Shown piece after piece: positions 9,109 to 19,403 of a stretch of 64,000 nt of DNA. The first letter of the stretch is position 1, and every line of letters starts with the position of its first letter. Position numbers and translations under genes: made by a program. Below the pieces are notes generated by a model. That model did not search any database. It had not been told where the DNA came from and saw nothing but the letters and a program-made list of their open reading frames with translations. Source of the stretch: an uncultured Methanomicrobiales archaeon (GTDB lineage: Archaea; Halobacteriota; Methanomicrobia; Methanomicrobiales; Methanospirillaceae); NCBI GenBank assembly GCA_963758915.1, contig CAVWXH010000010.1, positions 1 through 64,000 of the forward strand. Direction: 5' to 3'.

Positions 9109-10380
9109 TCAGTCGAGCAGGTGGACCAGGAGGCCCGATAGGAGTTTTGGTTCAAACCATGTCGATTTCGGGGGCATAATACACCCGGCATCGGCAATGG
9201 CAAGCACCGTATCCACGTCCACCGGCTGCATGGAGAAGGCCGCCATAAACTCCCCCCGGTCAACAAGTTCTTCGAGGTCACCAACCGGCCTCGCCCCGCC
9301 GAGGTACTGGAGCCGCATGTCCCCGCGGGGATCGGTGATCCCGAGCAGTTTTTCGAGCACCATTTTCTGGAGGACTGATACGTCCAGGGAATCGATTGGA
9401 CCTGCGCTCTCCTCGTATGGCAGTGAGCACTCGTACCAGATGCCGTTCAGGTACATGTGGAAGACATGGTGCGGTGAAAAGTAGAGGTCCCGTGTCAGGA
9501 CCTGGTACGCCGTGGGGTCGACACCGGATATCGAGGTCACCATGAACGTCTGGCTGATCTTTCCGAGCAGTGTTTCCGGAGGGACCTTCTTCTGCTGCGT
9601 GACGAGCCGGCTGTAGCCGTGGATGGTGACCCTCCGGTGAGAGAACAGGACGCCCATGAAATGCCGGGCCTCTTCCGATTTGTCACCGTTTTCCCTCCGT
9701 TTTTCCGCAACGTTTACCGCTGCCCTGGCACGGTGGTGACCGTCGGCGATATAGGCGTCGACGCCCTGGAACATTTCCCGGATGCGATGATATGCCGCAT
9801 CATCGGAAATACGGAATATTTCATGCACCGCTCCCTTCTCGCCCCGAACTGTGGTAACCGGCTTCTGGCCGTCCGTGACCTGCGACTCGATAAAGGTGTA
9901 GATGTCACCCGGGTCATTGTACAGGAGGACGACCGGGCCTGTGTGAGCATTGACCGTGTCGATATGCCGCGTCCTGTCTTCCTCCTTGTCGTAGCGTGTC
10001 GCTTCGTGACGCCTGATATGGTTCGACAGGTAATCATCCACGTCGAGGCAGCAGGCGAGGCCAAGGTAACTGGAGTCCCCATCAGTTACCCGGTAGAGAT
10101 AGAGGGCCGGACCCTCGTCCTGTACCATCCTGCCCTCCCTGACGAGGCCCTGGAAATTTTCCCTTGCCAGGTCGTACACCGGCGGGTCATAGGGAGAGCC
10201 GTCCGGTAGCAGTGCATCAGAACGGCTGACACGGAGGAAGCTCACGCTGTTTTTTCTGATACACTCACGCGCCTCTTCTGCACTTACGACATCATAGGGT
10301 ACGGCGGCTATCCCCTGTGCATATGCTGGTGCAGGACGCACCGCTGAAAAACGAAAGATCCCTACCATGGAAACCGGCAC
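9109..10380 (-). CDS. DUF1015 family protein
   Basis: 'PYDV', 'HEAT', 'YIADGHHR', 'MPPKSTWFEPKLLSGL'. Confidence 0.9.
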   Translation of the reverse strand: MPVSMVGIFRFSAVRPAPAYAQGIAAVPYDVVSAEEARECIRKNSVSFLRVSRSDALLPDGSPYDPPVYDLARENFQGLVREGRMVQDEGPALYLYRVTDGDSSYLGLACCLDVDDYLSNHIRRHEATRYDKEEDRTRHIDTVNAHTGPVVLLYNDPGDIYTFIESQVTDGQKPVTTVRGEKGAVHEIFRISDDAAYHRIREMFQGVDAYIADGHHRARAAVNVAEKRRENGDKSEEARHFMGVLFSHRRVTIHGYSRLVTQQKKVPPETLLGKISQTFMVTSISGVDPTAYQVLTRDLYFSPHHVFHMYLNGIWYECSLPYEESAGPIDSLDVSVLQKMVLEKLLGITDPRGDMRLQYLGGARPVGDLEELVDRGEFMAAFSMQPVDVDTVLAIADAGCIMPPKSTWFEPKLLSGLLVHLLD

Positions 10381-10454
10381 TCACTTTCTCATATAAATCA
10401 GCCCTGATTCTATATGATAGATATTATAGCAGTGACAAATGGTGATCGAGAGTT

Positions 10455-10922
10455 ATGGAAGGCGACCAGGTTCAGATCAGGAGGGCCCGAATCACCGATG
10501 TCGATGCGATCGCCTCAATAGAGGCGGAATCGTTTCCTGACCCCTGGGGTGGGGATATTTTTTCAGAGTCGGTTGCCTGCTTTCCCACCACGTTTTTTGT
10601 CGCATCTTACGGTAACCAGCTCGCCGGGTTTGTTGTCGGGGGGCTTGAGGATACTGGTGATGAGGTTTACGGCCATATCTGTAACATCGCGGTATCAAAG
10701 GTATTCCGGAATGCAGGCCTCGGAAGACTGCTGGTCCGGCGTATCGAGCACCAGTTTGCTCTCGAATCTGCATCCGGTGTCCAGCTCGAAGTCCGTGTCT
10801 CGAACCGGAAAGCCCAGAAATTTTACCAGAAACTCGGGTACCAGGACGTGTTCCGGATCGTCCACTATTATGCGAACGGCGAAGATGCACTTGTTATGAT
10901 GAAATGGTTCAGGTTTTTATAA
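10455..10922 (+). CDS. rimI: RimI/Ard1-like N-acetyltransferase
   Basis: 'GHICNIAV', 'LEVRVSN..AQKFYQKLGY', 'YYANGEDA'. Confidence 0.88.
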   Translation: MEGDQVQIRRARITDVDAIASIEAESFPDPWGGDIFSESVACFPTTFFVASYGNQLAGFVVGGLEDTGDEVYGHICNIAVSKVFRNAGLGRLLVRRIEHQFALESASGVQLEVRVSNRKAQKFYQKLGYQDVFRIVHYYANGEDALVMMKWFRFL

Positions 10923-10928
10923 AAAAAG

Positions 10929-11274
10929 GGCTTTGTTGAAACCCTTCGGTGTCATAAAAAATAAGAGGGAAATACGAAGACAGGATGGGGTTTCACCCCC
11001 TCCCTGCCCCACCCCCATTAAGATATTCTTCGGGCAGGGTTTCCCGGAGGTTCATTAAATTCAGAGCATTTTGGGGTAGTCTCTATCCCAACCGGGATCG
11101 CCAAAGCGGCGGGCCATGAGCCCCGGGAGCGTGACGAAATTTTGGAATTCCCAATCTATAAGATAGATTTGAGAGGATTTCCCATGAAATGCCAGAACGG
11201 ACCAATTAAGAGATTTTGAACGGGCATTTTCATGTTCGGGTGTGAACTTCCCGTTCATGTGTTTCTACAGAGCC
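10929..11274. mobile_element. MITE-like element copy 1 (complete, 346 bp)
   Basis: TIRs GGCTTTGTTGAAAC ... GTTTCTACAGAGCC; 8-bp TSD AAAAAAAG at 10921-10928 and 11275-11282; no transposase. Confidence 0.85.
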
Positions 11275-11284
11275 AAAAAAAGGT

Positions 11285-11902
11285 TTATTTTTTCAGGGCT
11301 TCGGACAACCGCCTGTTCACTGCATCCCAGTTTACGATATTCCAGAAGTTCTCCACATATTTCGCGCGGTCATTTTTATAATCTACATAATAGGCATGCT
11401 CCCAGACATCGAGCACCATGATGATCCGGAACGGGTAGGTATTGACCCCGTGCTTTTCCACCTGCATGATCATGGGGCGCATCGTGGTCAGGCAAAGGGT
11501 GAGCGCTGCCCACCCCGATCCCTCTGTGCTATTCGCCGCCTGGGTAAATTCCTTCCTGAACCGCTCGAACGATCCGAATTCTGCCGTTATCATCTCCCCT
11601 GCTTTCCCTGAAGGGACCCCGCCCCCGCCGTTTCCTGCGGGAGCCATATTCTCCCAGAACATCGTGTGCATCCGGTTCCCCCCGAGATGGAACGCGAGTT
11701 CCTTCAAGGTCGCCTTCATATCGAGGTCAAGGTTGCCCTTTCGCGCGTTGCCAAGCTTTTCGAGGACAGCATTCGCGCCATTGACGTAGGCCTGGTGGTG
11801 CTTGCCGTGGTGCAGCCGGAGCTGTTCTTCGGATATTGCGGGTGCAAGGGCTGCATAGTCGTAGGGCAGAGCAGGAAGAGAATAATTGTTTGGTTCAGTC
11901 AT
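11285..11902 (-). CDS. sod: Fe/Mn superoxide dismutase
   Basis: '[12 protein letters not shown]', 'GSGW', '[13 protein letters not shown]'. Confidence 0.97.
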   Translation of the reverse strand: MTEPNNYSLPALPYDYAALAPAISEEQLRLHHGKHHQAYVNGANAVLEKLGNARKGNLDLDMKATLKELAFHLGGNRMHTMFWENMAPAGNGGGGVPSGKAGEMITAEFGSFERFRKEFTQAANSTEGSGWAALTLCLTTMRPMIMQVEKHGVNTYPFRIIMVLDVWEHAYYVDYKNDRAKYVENFWNIVNWDAVNRRLSEALKK

Positions 11903-12018
11903 AGGATACATTCCTCGTATAGTCAGGGTGTGGTCGTCCGGTCACATAATGATTGGGGATGTGATAGACTGGGAAAAAGGCTGTAAATAAGGGGGATCCC
12001 CTCCAAAAGGCCTGACGT

Positions 12019-13227
12019 TCAGCCACGCCCGAGCTGCTGGTGGGCACGGGCAAGGTGTTGCGCACCGAGTGCACCGAGCAGCGACAACTCCCCTGCAAGG
12101 ACACCGGATGCCACTATCTCGGCAAATTTACGCGCATGGGAGCCAGGAGGGTCACCGCCACCGGAAACTCCAAGGAGCGAGAGACATTCAGCCTGGGTAG
12201 CAATACCGGTACCCCCTCCGACCGTCCCTACATTCAGCGAGGGGAGCGTTATGGCAACGTAGACCCCACCGGGTGCCTGATCAACCGTGGTAATACAACT
12301 GCTACCCTCTACAACATGTGCCGGGTCCTGGCCGCAGGCGATGAACATGGCTGCGATTACATTTGCGGCGTGCGCATTGAATCCGAGTGAGCCTGCGCGT
12401 GCGGATCCAATGAGGTTCTTCCTGAGGTTCACTTCGGAAAGGGTTGCAGCATCGGTCTTGAGTACTTCGTGGATTAATGCGTCAGTGAGGAACACACCGG
12501 CAACCACGCTTTTTCCCCGGCCACGTACCATGTTTATGGCTGCAGGCTTTTTATCAGTGCACATATTTCCGGAAAGGGCTATAAGCCTCGCGCCTGTTGA
12601 ATCCGCGATGAGGTCCGCCACTTTTGCGCTTGCGATTGTAACCATGTTCATACCCATCGCGTCCTTGGTGTCAAACTCGAGCCGGATAAATACACTGGTC
12701 CCGGTTACCGAGGTAGTAACATCAAGGAACTTCCCGTGCGAAGTCGTGCTCTCTGCCACCTTGCGGATCTCCTCGCGGTGGGACGAGACCCAGTCGGCGA
12801 TCTCCCGGGCATGAACAACACTTCGTGCCGCGAATACGGGTGCGCGGGTCATCCCGTCCCTAACAATCCGGACCTCAGACCCGCCGGCCTTTGTGATCGC
12901 CCCGCAGCCCCGGTTGACCGAGGCGACGAGCGCACCCTCTGTCGTCGCAAGCGGAAGAAAAAACTCCCCGTCTGCATATTCACCGTGTACGGCAAGCGGA
13001 CCGGCAACTCCCACCGGCACCTGCACTGTGCCAATCATGTTTTCGCAGTTTTTCTTCACAATATTCTCGATACCGATGGTATAGGAACCGAGGTTTTTGA
13101 GGTCAGAACCCGTTACCTGCTCGATATATGTCCTCCGGATGCGCACAGCTTCGGGCGGAGGAAGTTCCTTCTCAAGGGCATATAATTTAAGAGACCCGGA
13201 CTTAAGTCTCTCAAGATAATCCTGCAT
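12019..13227 (-). CDS. hmgA: HMG-CoA reductase (class I, NADPH)
   Basis: 'NCENMIG', 'PLATTEGALVAS', 'DAMGMNMV', 'GTVGGGT'. Start MQDYLE. Confidence 0.96.
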   Translation of the reverse strand: MQDYLERLKSGSLKLYALEKELPPPEAVRIRRTYIEQVTGSDLKNLGSYTIGIENIVKKNCENMIGTVQVPVGVAGPLAVHGEYADGEFFLPLATTEGALVASVNRGCGAITKAGGSEVRIVRDGMTRAPVFAARSVVHAREIADWVSSHREEIRKVAESTTSHGKFLDVTTSVTGTSVFIRLEFDTKDAMGMNMVTIASAKVADLIADSTGARLIALSGNMCTDKKPAAINMVRGRGKSVVAGVFLTDALIHEVLKTDAATLSEVNLRKNLIGSARAGSLGFNAHAANVIAAMFIACGQDPAHVVEGSSCITTVDQAPGGVYVAITLPSLNVGTVGGGTGIATQAECLSLLGVSGGGDPPGSHARKFAEIVASGVLAGELSLLGALGAQHLARAHQQLGRG

Positions 13228-13271
13228 GACATAATGTTTCGTCCCCGGGGTAAATGATTTAGTGGTGGAGT

Positions 13272-14195
13272 GTGCCGGTGAAGGTTGAACAATGGGCATT
13301 ATTGGTGCCGAAAAAAAAGGGAGAGGCGACCCGTCAGCACCTCGTTGCAAATGGGCTGCTGGATGCCAGTCTTAAGCCATTTGTCGAAGGTGAAGGCATC
13401 TTTTTCCCTCTTACCAGGAGCGGCGGCGGAGGATTACGGGCATCGTTCGAGGCCCACGAAAAACGGGTGTCCCCGGCAGCACGCCATGAACTGATTGGCG
13501 GTATCGCGGTGATGCAGGAAAGCGACTGTGCAGCTGCAGAGGCCCTGCTGGCATCACGTCCTGGAATCCATACTGTGCTCGCCACGACCAGCGATGTCCA
13601 GGGTGAGTACCGTACGCGGGAGTTCGAGGTACTGGCCGGAACCCCGACCACCCGGACAATGGTCCTGGAGTACGGGCACCGTTTTACCGTCGACCTTTCT
13701 GAAGCATACTTTTCTCCCAGGCTTGCCACGGAGCGCCAGCGGGTGCTCCACCAGATGGGGGGACATGAGACCGTACTAGATATGTTTGCAGGGGTGGGTC
13801 CGTTTGCCATTATGATGAGTAAATTCGCCCGGTTCGTCGTATCCTCTGATATCAATCCTGCGGCAGTTATCCTGATGAAAGAAAACTGCCTCGATAACCA
13901 CTGTACCAATATAATGCCCGTACTTGCGGACTCCGCCAGGCTTTCAAAGATCCTGCCCTGGAAATTCGACCGCGTGGTGATGAACCTGCCCCTCAATGCC
14001 CCGCAGTTCCTGGGGGAAGCATTCCGGCTGTGCCGGCCTGGCGGGACAATTCACTGTTACGCGCTCGTCTCGTCAGCAGGCGAGTATCTTGATGACATCC
14101 ACATTTTTCAGCCTTCGGCAGTCCGGGAACATACGGTAAGGTCGTATTCACCGGGAAAATGGCATACCGTGTATGATATCACGGCGGGAACATAA
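13272..14195 (+). CDS. Trm5/Met-10-like tRNA methyltransferase
   Basis: 'YFSPRLATER', 'LDMFAGVGPF', 'DRVVMNLP'. Confidence 0.88.
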   Translation: MPVKVEQWALLVPKKKGEATRQHLVANGLLDASLKPFVEGEGIFFPLTRSGGGGLRASFEAHEKRVSPAARHELIGGIAVMQESDCAAAEALLASRPGIHTVLATTSDVQGEYRTREFEVLAGTPTTRTMVLEYGHRFTVDLSEAYFSPRLATERQRVLHQMGGHETVLDMFAGVGPFAIMMSKFARFVVSSDINPAAVILMKENCLDNHCTNIMPVLADSARLSKILPWKFDRVVMNLPLNAPQFLGEAFRLCRPGGTIHCYALVSSAGEYLDDIHIFQPSAVREHTVRSYSPGKWHTVYDITAGT

Positions 14196-14212
14196 GAAAA
14201 AAAGGGGGTAAC

Positions 14213-14605
14213 TTAGTTATCAGGCACATATTTGGTGCCGTAATAAATAACCCCGCTCGCACCGTCCGCCGCTATACGGCGGAACGTCCCCTTCACGCGC
14301 ATACCTATCTTCACATCTTCAGGTGTGCATACGATCTGGGCGGTAATCCTCGGACCTTCATCGAGCTGGACAATTGCGAGTGCATAGGGTGTGAGGTCTT
14401 CAAACTGGTCACTGGCTGTCCTGATGATGGTGTGGGTAACGACGGTCCCCGTACCCTTGAATTTGTACTCCACGACATTACCGCTGCGGCGGCAGTCGGG
14501 ACAGAATGAGCGTGGCGGGAAGAAATGCCTCCCGCAAGTCTTACAGACTGTCCCGATCAGGTTATACCGCTGGGGGATCTTTCTCCAGAACCTTGCTACA
14601 GACAT
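14213..14605 (-). CDS. DUF35 Zn-ribbon/OB-fold scaffold protein
   Basis: 'CKTCGRHFFPPRSFCPDC', OB fold, directly downstream of the thiolase. Confidence 0.92.
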   Translation of the reverse strand: MSVARFWRKIPQRYNLIGTVCKTCGRHFFPPRSFCPDCRRSGNVVEYKFKGTGTVVTHTIIRTASDQFEDLTPYALAIVQLDEGPRITAQIVCTPEDVKIGMRVKGTFRRIAADGASGVIYYGTKYVPDN

Positions 14606-14610
14606 CGCAT

Positions 14611-15774
14611 TCACACCCCGAAGATATGCACGGCAACCGTTGCACCGGTACCACCCACGTTGTGGGTCATTCCTATCTTTGCACCATCGATCTGTCTGCC
14701 TTTTGCATCGCCGCGGAGCTGGGTCACAATTTCGTAGACCTGCTTGATGCCCGTAGCCCCGACCGGGTGGCCGCAGGCCTTGAGGCCCCCGCTTGTATTG
14801 ACCGGCAGGTCTCCGTTTAATGCGGTCACGCCTTCCATGGTCAGCTTTCCCGCTTCTCCCTTTTTGCAGAACCCGAGGTCCTCGATTGCACATATCTCTG
14901 CGATAGTAAAGCAGTCATGGACCTCTACGAGATCGATCTCTTTCGGGGTAATCCTGGCGGTTTTAAATGCCCGTTGTCCCGCGGCCACCGTGGCATCGAG
15001 CGTCGAAATATCTCTCCTGTCGTGCAGCGTAATGGTATCGCTTGCCTGCTCACTTGCGAGTACCCGAACCGGCGTATCGGTAAATTCCCGGGCACGGTCA
15101 AATGGGGCTACGATCACCGCGGCAGCCCCGTCCGTGATTGGTGAACAGTCGAAGAGCCGCAGGGGGTCTGCAACCAGTGATGACCTGAGCACCGTGTCAA
15201 TCGTGATCTCCTGCTGGAACTGTGCAATCGGATTTCTTGCACCATTATAGTGGTTTTTCACTGCGACCTGGGCCAGCTGCTCGCGTGTCAGCGGGTAGCG
15301 GCTCATGTATTCGGTCGCGATCATCGCGTAGAGGCCGGGGAAGGTCGCTCCGACAAACCCTTCCCATTCACGGTCTGCAGCACCGGCGAGCGCATCCACG
15401 CTCGCACCTGTCCCGACGTCGGTCATCTTCTCGACTCCCGCCGCCACCACGATGTCTTCCATACCACTTGCGACCGCTATTACAGCCTGCCGGAACGAAA
15501 GGCCACCTGAGGCACAGGCAGCTTCCACCCGTGTTGACGGGATATGCCGCGTGGAAAGGCCGGAGTAGTCCGCAATCAGTGCGCCGATATGCTCCTGCTC
15601 GATAAATCTGCCTGCACTCATGTTCCCGACATACATCGCGTCGATATCCTCACCTGACAGGTTTGCATCGTCAAGCGCGAGGGTACCTGCCTCGACAAAG
15701 AGGTCGCGGAATGAACTTCCCCATTTTTCTCCAAAGGGTGTACACCCGATCCCGATAACTGCTACGTCTCTCAT
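14611..15774 (-). CDS. Acetoacetyl-CoA thiolase (archaeal)
   Basis: 'VEAACASG', 'EVHDCF', 'GHPVGATG', 'HNVGG'. Confidence 0.95.
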   Translation of the reverse strand: MRDVAVIGIGCTPFGEKWGSSFRDLFVEAGTLALDDANLSGEDIDAMYVGNMSAGRFIEQEHIGALIADYSGLSTRHIPSTRVEAACASGGLSFRQAVIAVASGMEDIVVAAGVEKMTDVGTGASVDALAGAADREWEGFVGATFPGLYAMIATEYMSRYPLTREQLAQVAVKNHYNGARNPIAQFQQEITIDTVLRSSLVADPLRLFDCSPITDGAAAVIVAPFDRAREFTDTPVRVLASEQASDTITLHDRRDISTLDATVAAGQRAFKTARITPKEIDLVEVHDCFTIAEICAIEDLGFCKKGEAGKLTMEGVTALNGDLPVNTSGGLKACGHPVGATGIKQVYEIVTQLRGDAKGRQIDGAKIGMTHNVGGTGATVAVHIFGV

Positions 15775-16823
15775 TCCTGCATCACGATTTTCCCTTTGTG
15801 TTTTGCATACTGTGCGTACTGGATATATACCGGGTTTTTCAGGAGGTATTCCACCGACGGGGCGGAAGCCCGGCAAAAGTCTGATGATTCGATCAGATCA
15901 GTCACCGAGAGATCGAATGCATCGCTTCCTGCCCCGGAACCGAACGAACAGACGAATATCCTGTCCCCCGCTTTTGCGATATCAAGGGTTGCTGCGAGTC
16001 CGATCATGCTCGAGCCACTGTAGGTATTCCCGAGCCTTGGAACAACAAGCCCCGGTTTTATCTGGTCATTGGAGAACCCGAGTGTCTTTGCGACTTTCTG
16101 GGGGAATTTTGCATTCGGCTGGTGGAATACTGCATAATCATAATCTTTGGCAGATTTACCGAGTTCTTCAAGCATGAGACGACTGGCGCCCTCGACATGT
16201 TTGAAATAACCCGGGTCACCAGTGAAACGTCCCCCGTGCCTTGGGTAGTCCTGCCCTTCCCGTCGCCAGAAATCCGGGGTATCGGTTGTAAACGAGCACG
16301 TATGGTTGATCCGTGCAATCGGGTCCTGCCTGCCGATAAGGAATGCTGCACCACCGGCAGCCGCGGTATATTCAAGTGCATCGCTTGGAGCGCCCTGTGC
16401 AACATCGGAACCGATTGCAAAACCGTACTCGATCATGTTACTTTTAGCAAGGCCCATGCATGTCTGGATTCCTGCAGTCCCTGCCTTGCATGCGAACTCG
16501 AAGTCGGCTGCCATCATCCTCGGGGTTGCCCCGATCGCCTCACCGACTGTGCAGGCCGTTGGTTTCACTGCATAGGGGTGTGATTCGCTCCCTACATAGA
16601 CGGCTCCTATCTTTTCAGGGTCAATATGCCGCCGTAACAGCGCATTCCTTGCTGCTTCCACCGCGATTGTTGCCGTGTCCTCGTCGAGGTCTGGCACCGA
16701 TTTCTCAAAAACTCCGAGCCCGCCAGTGATATCACCGGCATTTGCGCCCCATACTTTGGCGATCTCTTCAACTTTAATCCGGTATCGCGGTATGTATACA
16801 CCGTAGGTGATAATTCCTACCAT
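15771..16823 (-). CDS. Hydroxymethylglutaryl-CoA synthase
   Basis: '[11 protein letters not shown]', 'EFACKAGT', 'FHQPN', 'GNTYSG'. Confidence 0.95.
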   Translation of the reverse strand: MVGIITYGVYIPRYRIKVEEIAKVWGANAGDITGGLGVFEKSVPDLDEDTATIAVEAARNALLRRHIDPEKIGAVYVGSESHPYAVKPTACTVGEAIGATPRMMAADFEFACKAGTAGIQTCMGLAKSNMIEYGFAIGSDVAQGAPSDALEYTAAAGGAAFLIGRQDPIARINHTCSFTTDTPDFWRREGQDYPRHGGRFTGDPGYFKHVEGASRLMLEELGKSAKDYDYAVFHQPNAKFPQKVAKTLGFSNDQIKPGLVVPRLGNTYSGSSMIGLAATLDIAKAGDRIFVCSFGSGAGSDAFDLSVTDLIESSDFCRASAPSVEYLLKNPVYIQYAQYAKHKGKIVMQE

Positions 16824-17527
16824 TTTTCTTCCCTCAATGCGCTTACGATTTTGTCAATGCTCATTTCTGTACAGAGTACCGTGATCCGGTCCTTTTCTGC
16901 CATCTTCGCCACCAGCGGGTGTACTTTCGACGCTTCGATCCCCTGCAGCACCACGCAACGTGGTTTGAACGGTGTGACCCTGATCGCGACCATGGGGGAT
17001 TTTCCGGTGGACACGTTCGTAAATATCAGGGCACGTTCGGTGCTCCAGCCATAGATGCGGTTGAACTCGTTGGATGAGAGGTTCAGGATCGCGTTTAAGC
17101 TGTTAACGACCGTATAGCCGAAGATCGTCTGGTCCATCGACCCGCAAATGGGCGTGCAGGCAATTGCTCCGGAAAGCAACCCGAGCGGAACGGGGTTGGC
17201 ATAGTCGTGCATGTCATAGATGACATCCTCGTCAAAGTCGCTGTACAGCATCTTTGCAAATTTCTGAATGTTTTTGCCGCCGTTCTCTTCGTCAATCGAG
17301 AGAATTGTGTCGACAATTTTTCCGACAACGGCAGTTCCGGGGCTTTTTCTCCGCCCACTCTCGTAGTCACTGATGACCGAAGGTGAGACTTCAAGATGCT
17401 CGGAGAGAACCCCCTGGGGAATGTCAAAACTCATTCTCCATTTCTTCAGGGCCTTCCCCGGAGAGTCCGATAGCGTGATCTCGCCAGCCATTTTTTCGGC
17501 CAGCTGATTCCGCAGTCCGGATTTCAT
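16817..17527 (-). CDS. Cro/C1-type HTH transcriptional regulator (conserved archaeal)
   Basis: '[18 protein letters not shown]', '[17 protein letters not shown]'; overlaps the HMGS start. Confidence 0.85.
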   Translation of the reverse strand: MKSGLRNQLAEKMAGEITLSDSPGKALKKWRMSFDIPQGVLSEHLEVSPSVISDYESGRRKSPGTAVVGKIVDTILSIDEENGGKNIQKFAKMLYSDFDEDVIYDMHDYANPVPLGLLSGAIACTPICGSMDQTIFGYTVVNSLNAILNLSSNEFNRIYGWSTERALIFTNVSTGKSPMVAIRVTPFKPRCVVLQGIEASKVHPLVAKMAEKDRITVLCTEMSIDKIVSALREEKW

Positions 17528-17821
17528 GGTCAAGTACGTAAAACTCAAAAGATATTATAATTAACGAATGTGACTTCGACATTTCACGAATTAAAAGGTG
17601 TAAAAAAACACGGGGGCGTCACGGGAGGGAAATAGCGGGATGTTCCGGGCGATGAGATCCGTCCGGTACCATTGTGGTTCTGGTTATTGCCAATAAAACT
17701 GCCTGGAATCAGGGGAAAACGGGATTGCCCTGATACCAATGTTTCATAGAAGGTACTACGGTACTGTATTTTTTCGTCCCATGCCAACTCATAAATAATA
17801 AGCATCTCAATTTTGATAAGC

Positions 17822-18484
17822 ATGATACCACCTGAAGACCTCCAGTGTCTCAAGGTAATAGCACTGCGGGGTGGTTGTAAGGGACCGGTCTTTGTTTCAT
17901 CACAGACCATTGGTGAGATGCTTGCGATAAGCCAGCAGACGGCATCCCGGCGATTGAAAGGACTGGAGGCAGGGGGCTTCCTTACACGGACAATTATACC
18001 CGACGGGCAGCATGTCACCCTGACCGGGTCCGGAGAAGCAGAGCTCCGTAAGGAATACCAGGAATACAGCCGGATTTTTTCCGAGCACAATAAGGGATAT
18101 GTCCTGAACGGCACCGTGGTAAGCGGGATCGGCGAAGGTAAATATTACATGAGCCTCGTCCCATACAGGGAGCAGTTCAATACCCACCTTGGGTTTGAGC
18201 CATACCCCGGCACGCTCAATATCCGCCTCTCTTCCTCAAGCATACCGGTTCGCAAGAAGATAGATGCGCTTGAATGGATCCGGATCAAGGGCTTTTCAAC
18301 TGACGGCAGGACCTTTGGTGATGCAAAGTGCCTGCCATGTCGTATAGGGACGATATCCTGCGGTATTGTAATGCCGGGAAGGACCCACTACCCTGAGGAT
18401 ATCATTGAAGTGATCGCACCGGTGGCCCTCCGCAGGAAACTGGGCGTTGAAGATACGGACACGGTAACCGTTGAGGTGGAGTAG
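17822..18484 (+). CDS. ribK: CTP-dependent riboflavin kinase with N-terminal wHTH (RbkR type)
   Basis: 'SQQTASRRL', 'GTVVSGIGEGKYY', 'PYPGTLN'. Confidence 0.93.
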   Translation: MIPPEDLQCLKVIALRGGCKGPVFVSSQTIGEMLAISQQTASRRLKGLEAGGFLTRTIIPDGQHVTLTGSGEAELRKEYQEYSRIFSEHNKGYVLNGTVVSGIGEGKYYMSLVPYREQFNTHLGFEPYPGTLNIRLSSSSIPVRKKIDALEWIRIKGFSTDGRTFGDAKCLPCRIGTISCGIVMPGRTHYPEDIIEVIAPVALRRKLGVEDTDTVTVEVE

Positions 18485-19161
18485 TGATCGATGAGGCGCT
18501 GGCAGCATTACGTGATGGTAAGTTCATCCTGCTCTACGATTTTGATGACCGGGAAGGCGAAACGGATTTTGCGATACGGTCCGATGTAGTGACCCCGCGC
18601 CATATTTTCCAGATGAGAAAGGATGGCGGCGGACTGATCTGCACAGCAGTCCATCCTGAAGCTGCACGACGTCTCGGGCTGCCATTTGCAAGCGATGCGC
18701 TCAGGGCAATTGCCGTGGCGGAACGGGAGGGGGATATCCCGTACGACCGGAAGAACCATTCATCCTTCTCGCTCTGGGTGAACCACCGCAACACGTTCAC
18801 AGGCATCACCGACCGTGACCGTGCACTGACCGTCAATGCGATTGCGGAACAGGTAAAAAAGGCTCTGAATGGCGGGAGCGTGAATTTCCACGAGGTCTTC
18901 CGCACCCCCGGGCATATGGCGCTTTTGAGGGCGGCAGACGGGCTGCTCGACAGGCGGAAAGGGCAGACCGAGCTCTCTATAGCCATGGCAGAGATGGCAT
19001 GTGTCACCCCGGCAATCACCATCTGCGAGATGCTGGATGACGAGTCCGGTTATGCACTCACAAAAGCAGATGCGAGGCTTTACGCACTAAAACACGGCCT
19101 TGAATTTGTCGAAGGTCCTGAAGTGATGGAGCGATGGGAAGAACAAAAAAGACATCATTAA
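18484..19161 (+). CDS. ribB: 3,4-dihydroxy-2-butanone-4-phosphate synthase
   Basis: 'DFDDREGETD', 'TGITDRDR', 'FRTPGH', 'GQTE', 'CEML'. Confidence 0.95.
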   Translation: MIDEALAALRDGKFILLYDFDDREGETDFAIRSDVVTPRHIFQMRKDGGGLICTAVHPEAARRLGLPFASDALRAIAVAEREGDIPYDRKNHSSFSLWVNHRNTFTGITDRDRALTVNAIAEQVKKALNGGSVNFHEVFRTPGHMALLRAADGLLDRRKGQTELSIAMAEMACVTPAITICEMLDDESGYALTKADARLYALKHGLEFVEGPEVMERWEEQKRHH

Positions 19162-19403
19162 CCTTTCACTTTTCCATTATTCCTGGCTGAAAACATTCAG
19201 ACCAGGGTTTGTTAATGCGTCCATGTAATGAAACCCCCAAAAAAGGTTTTCAGAACGTATACCCGGGTCTCTTATAAGGACCTGCAGATCTGGGGCCACC
19301 TGGTATCGTCACATTGCCCTGAATACTCCCCGTGACCGTGTGATCCGGTCTATTCATGGAGGATTCACAAGGATCAAATGCACGAAAGCCCTAATGGTAT
19401 ACA

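Noticed and set aside
11061-11258. Small ORFs inside the repeats (also 30031-30333, 33436-33687, 50033-50329, 54314-54547)
   Set aside because: Frames and strands are not conserved between copies and there are no transposase motifs.
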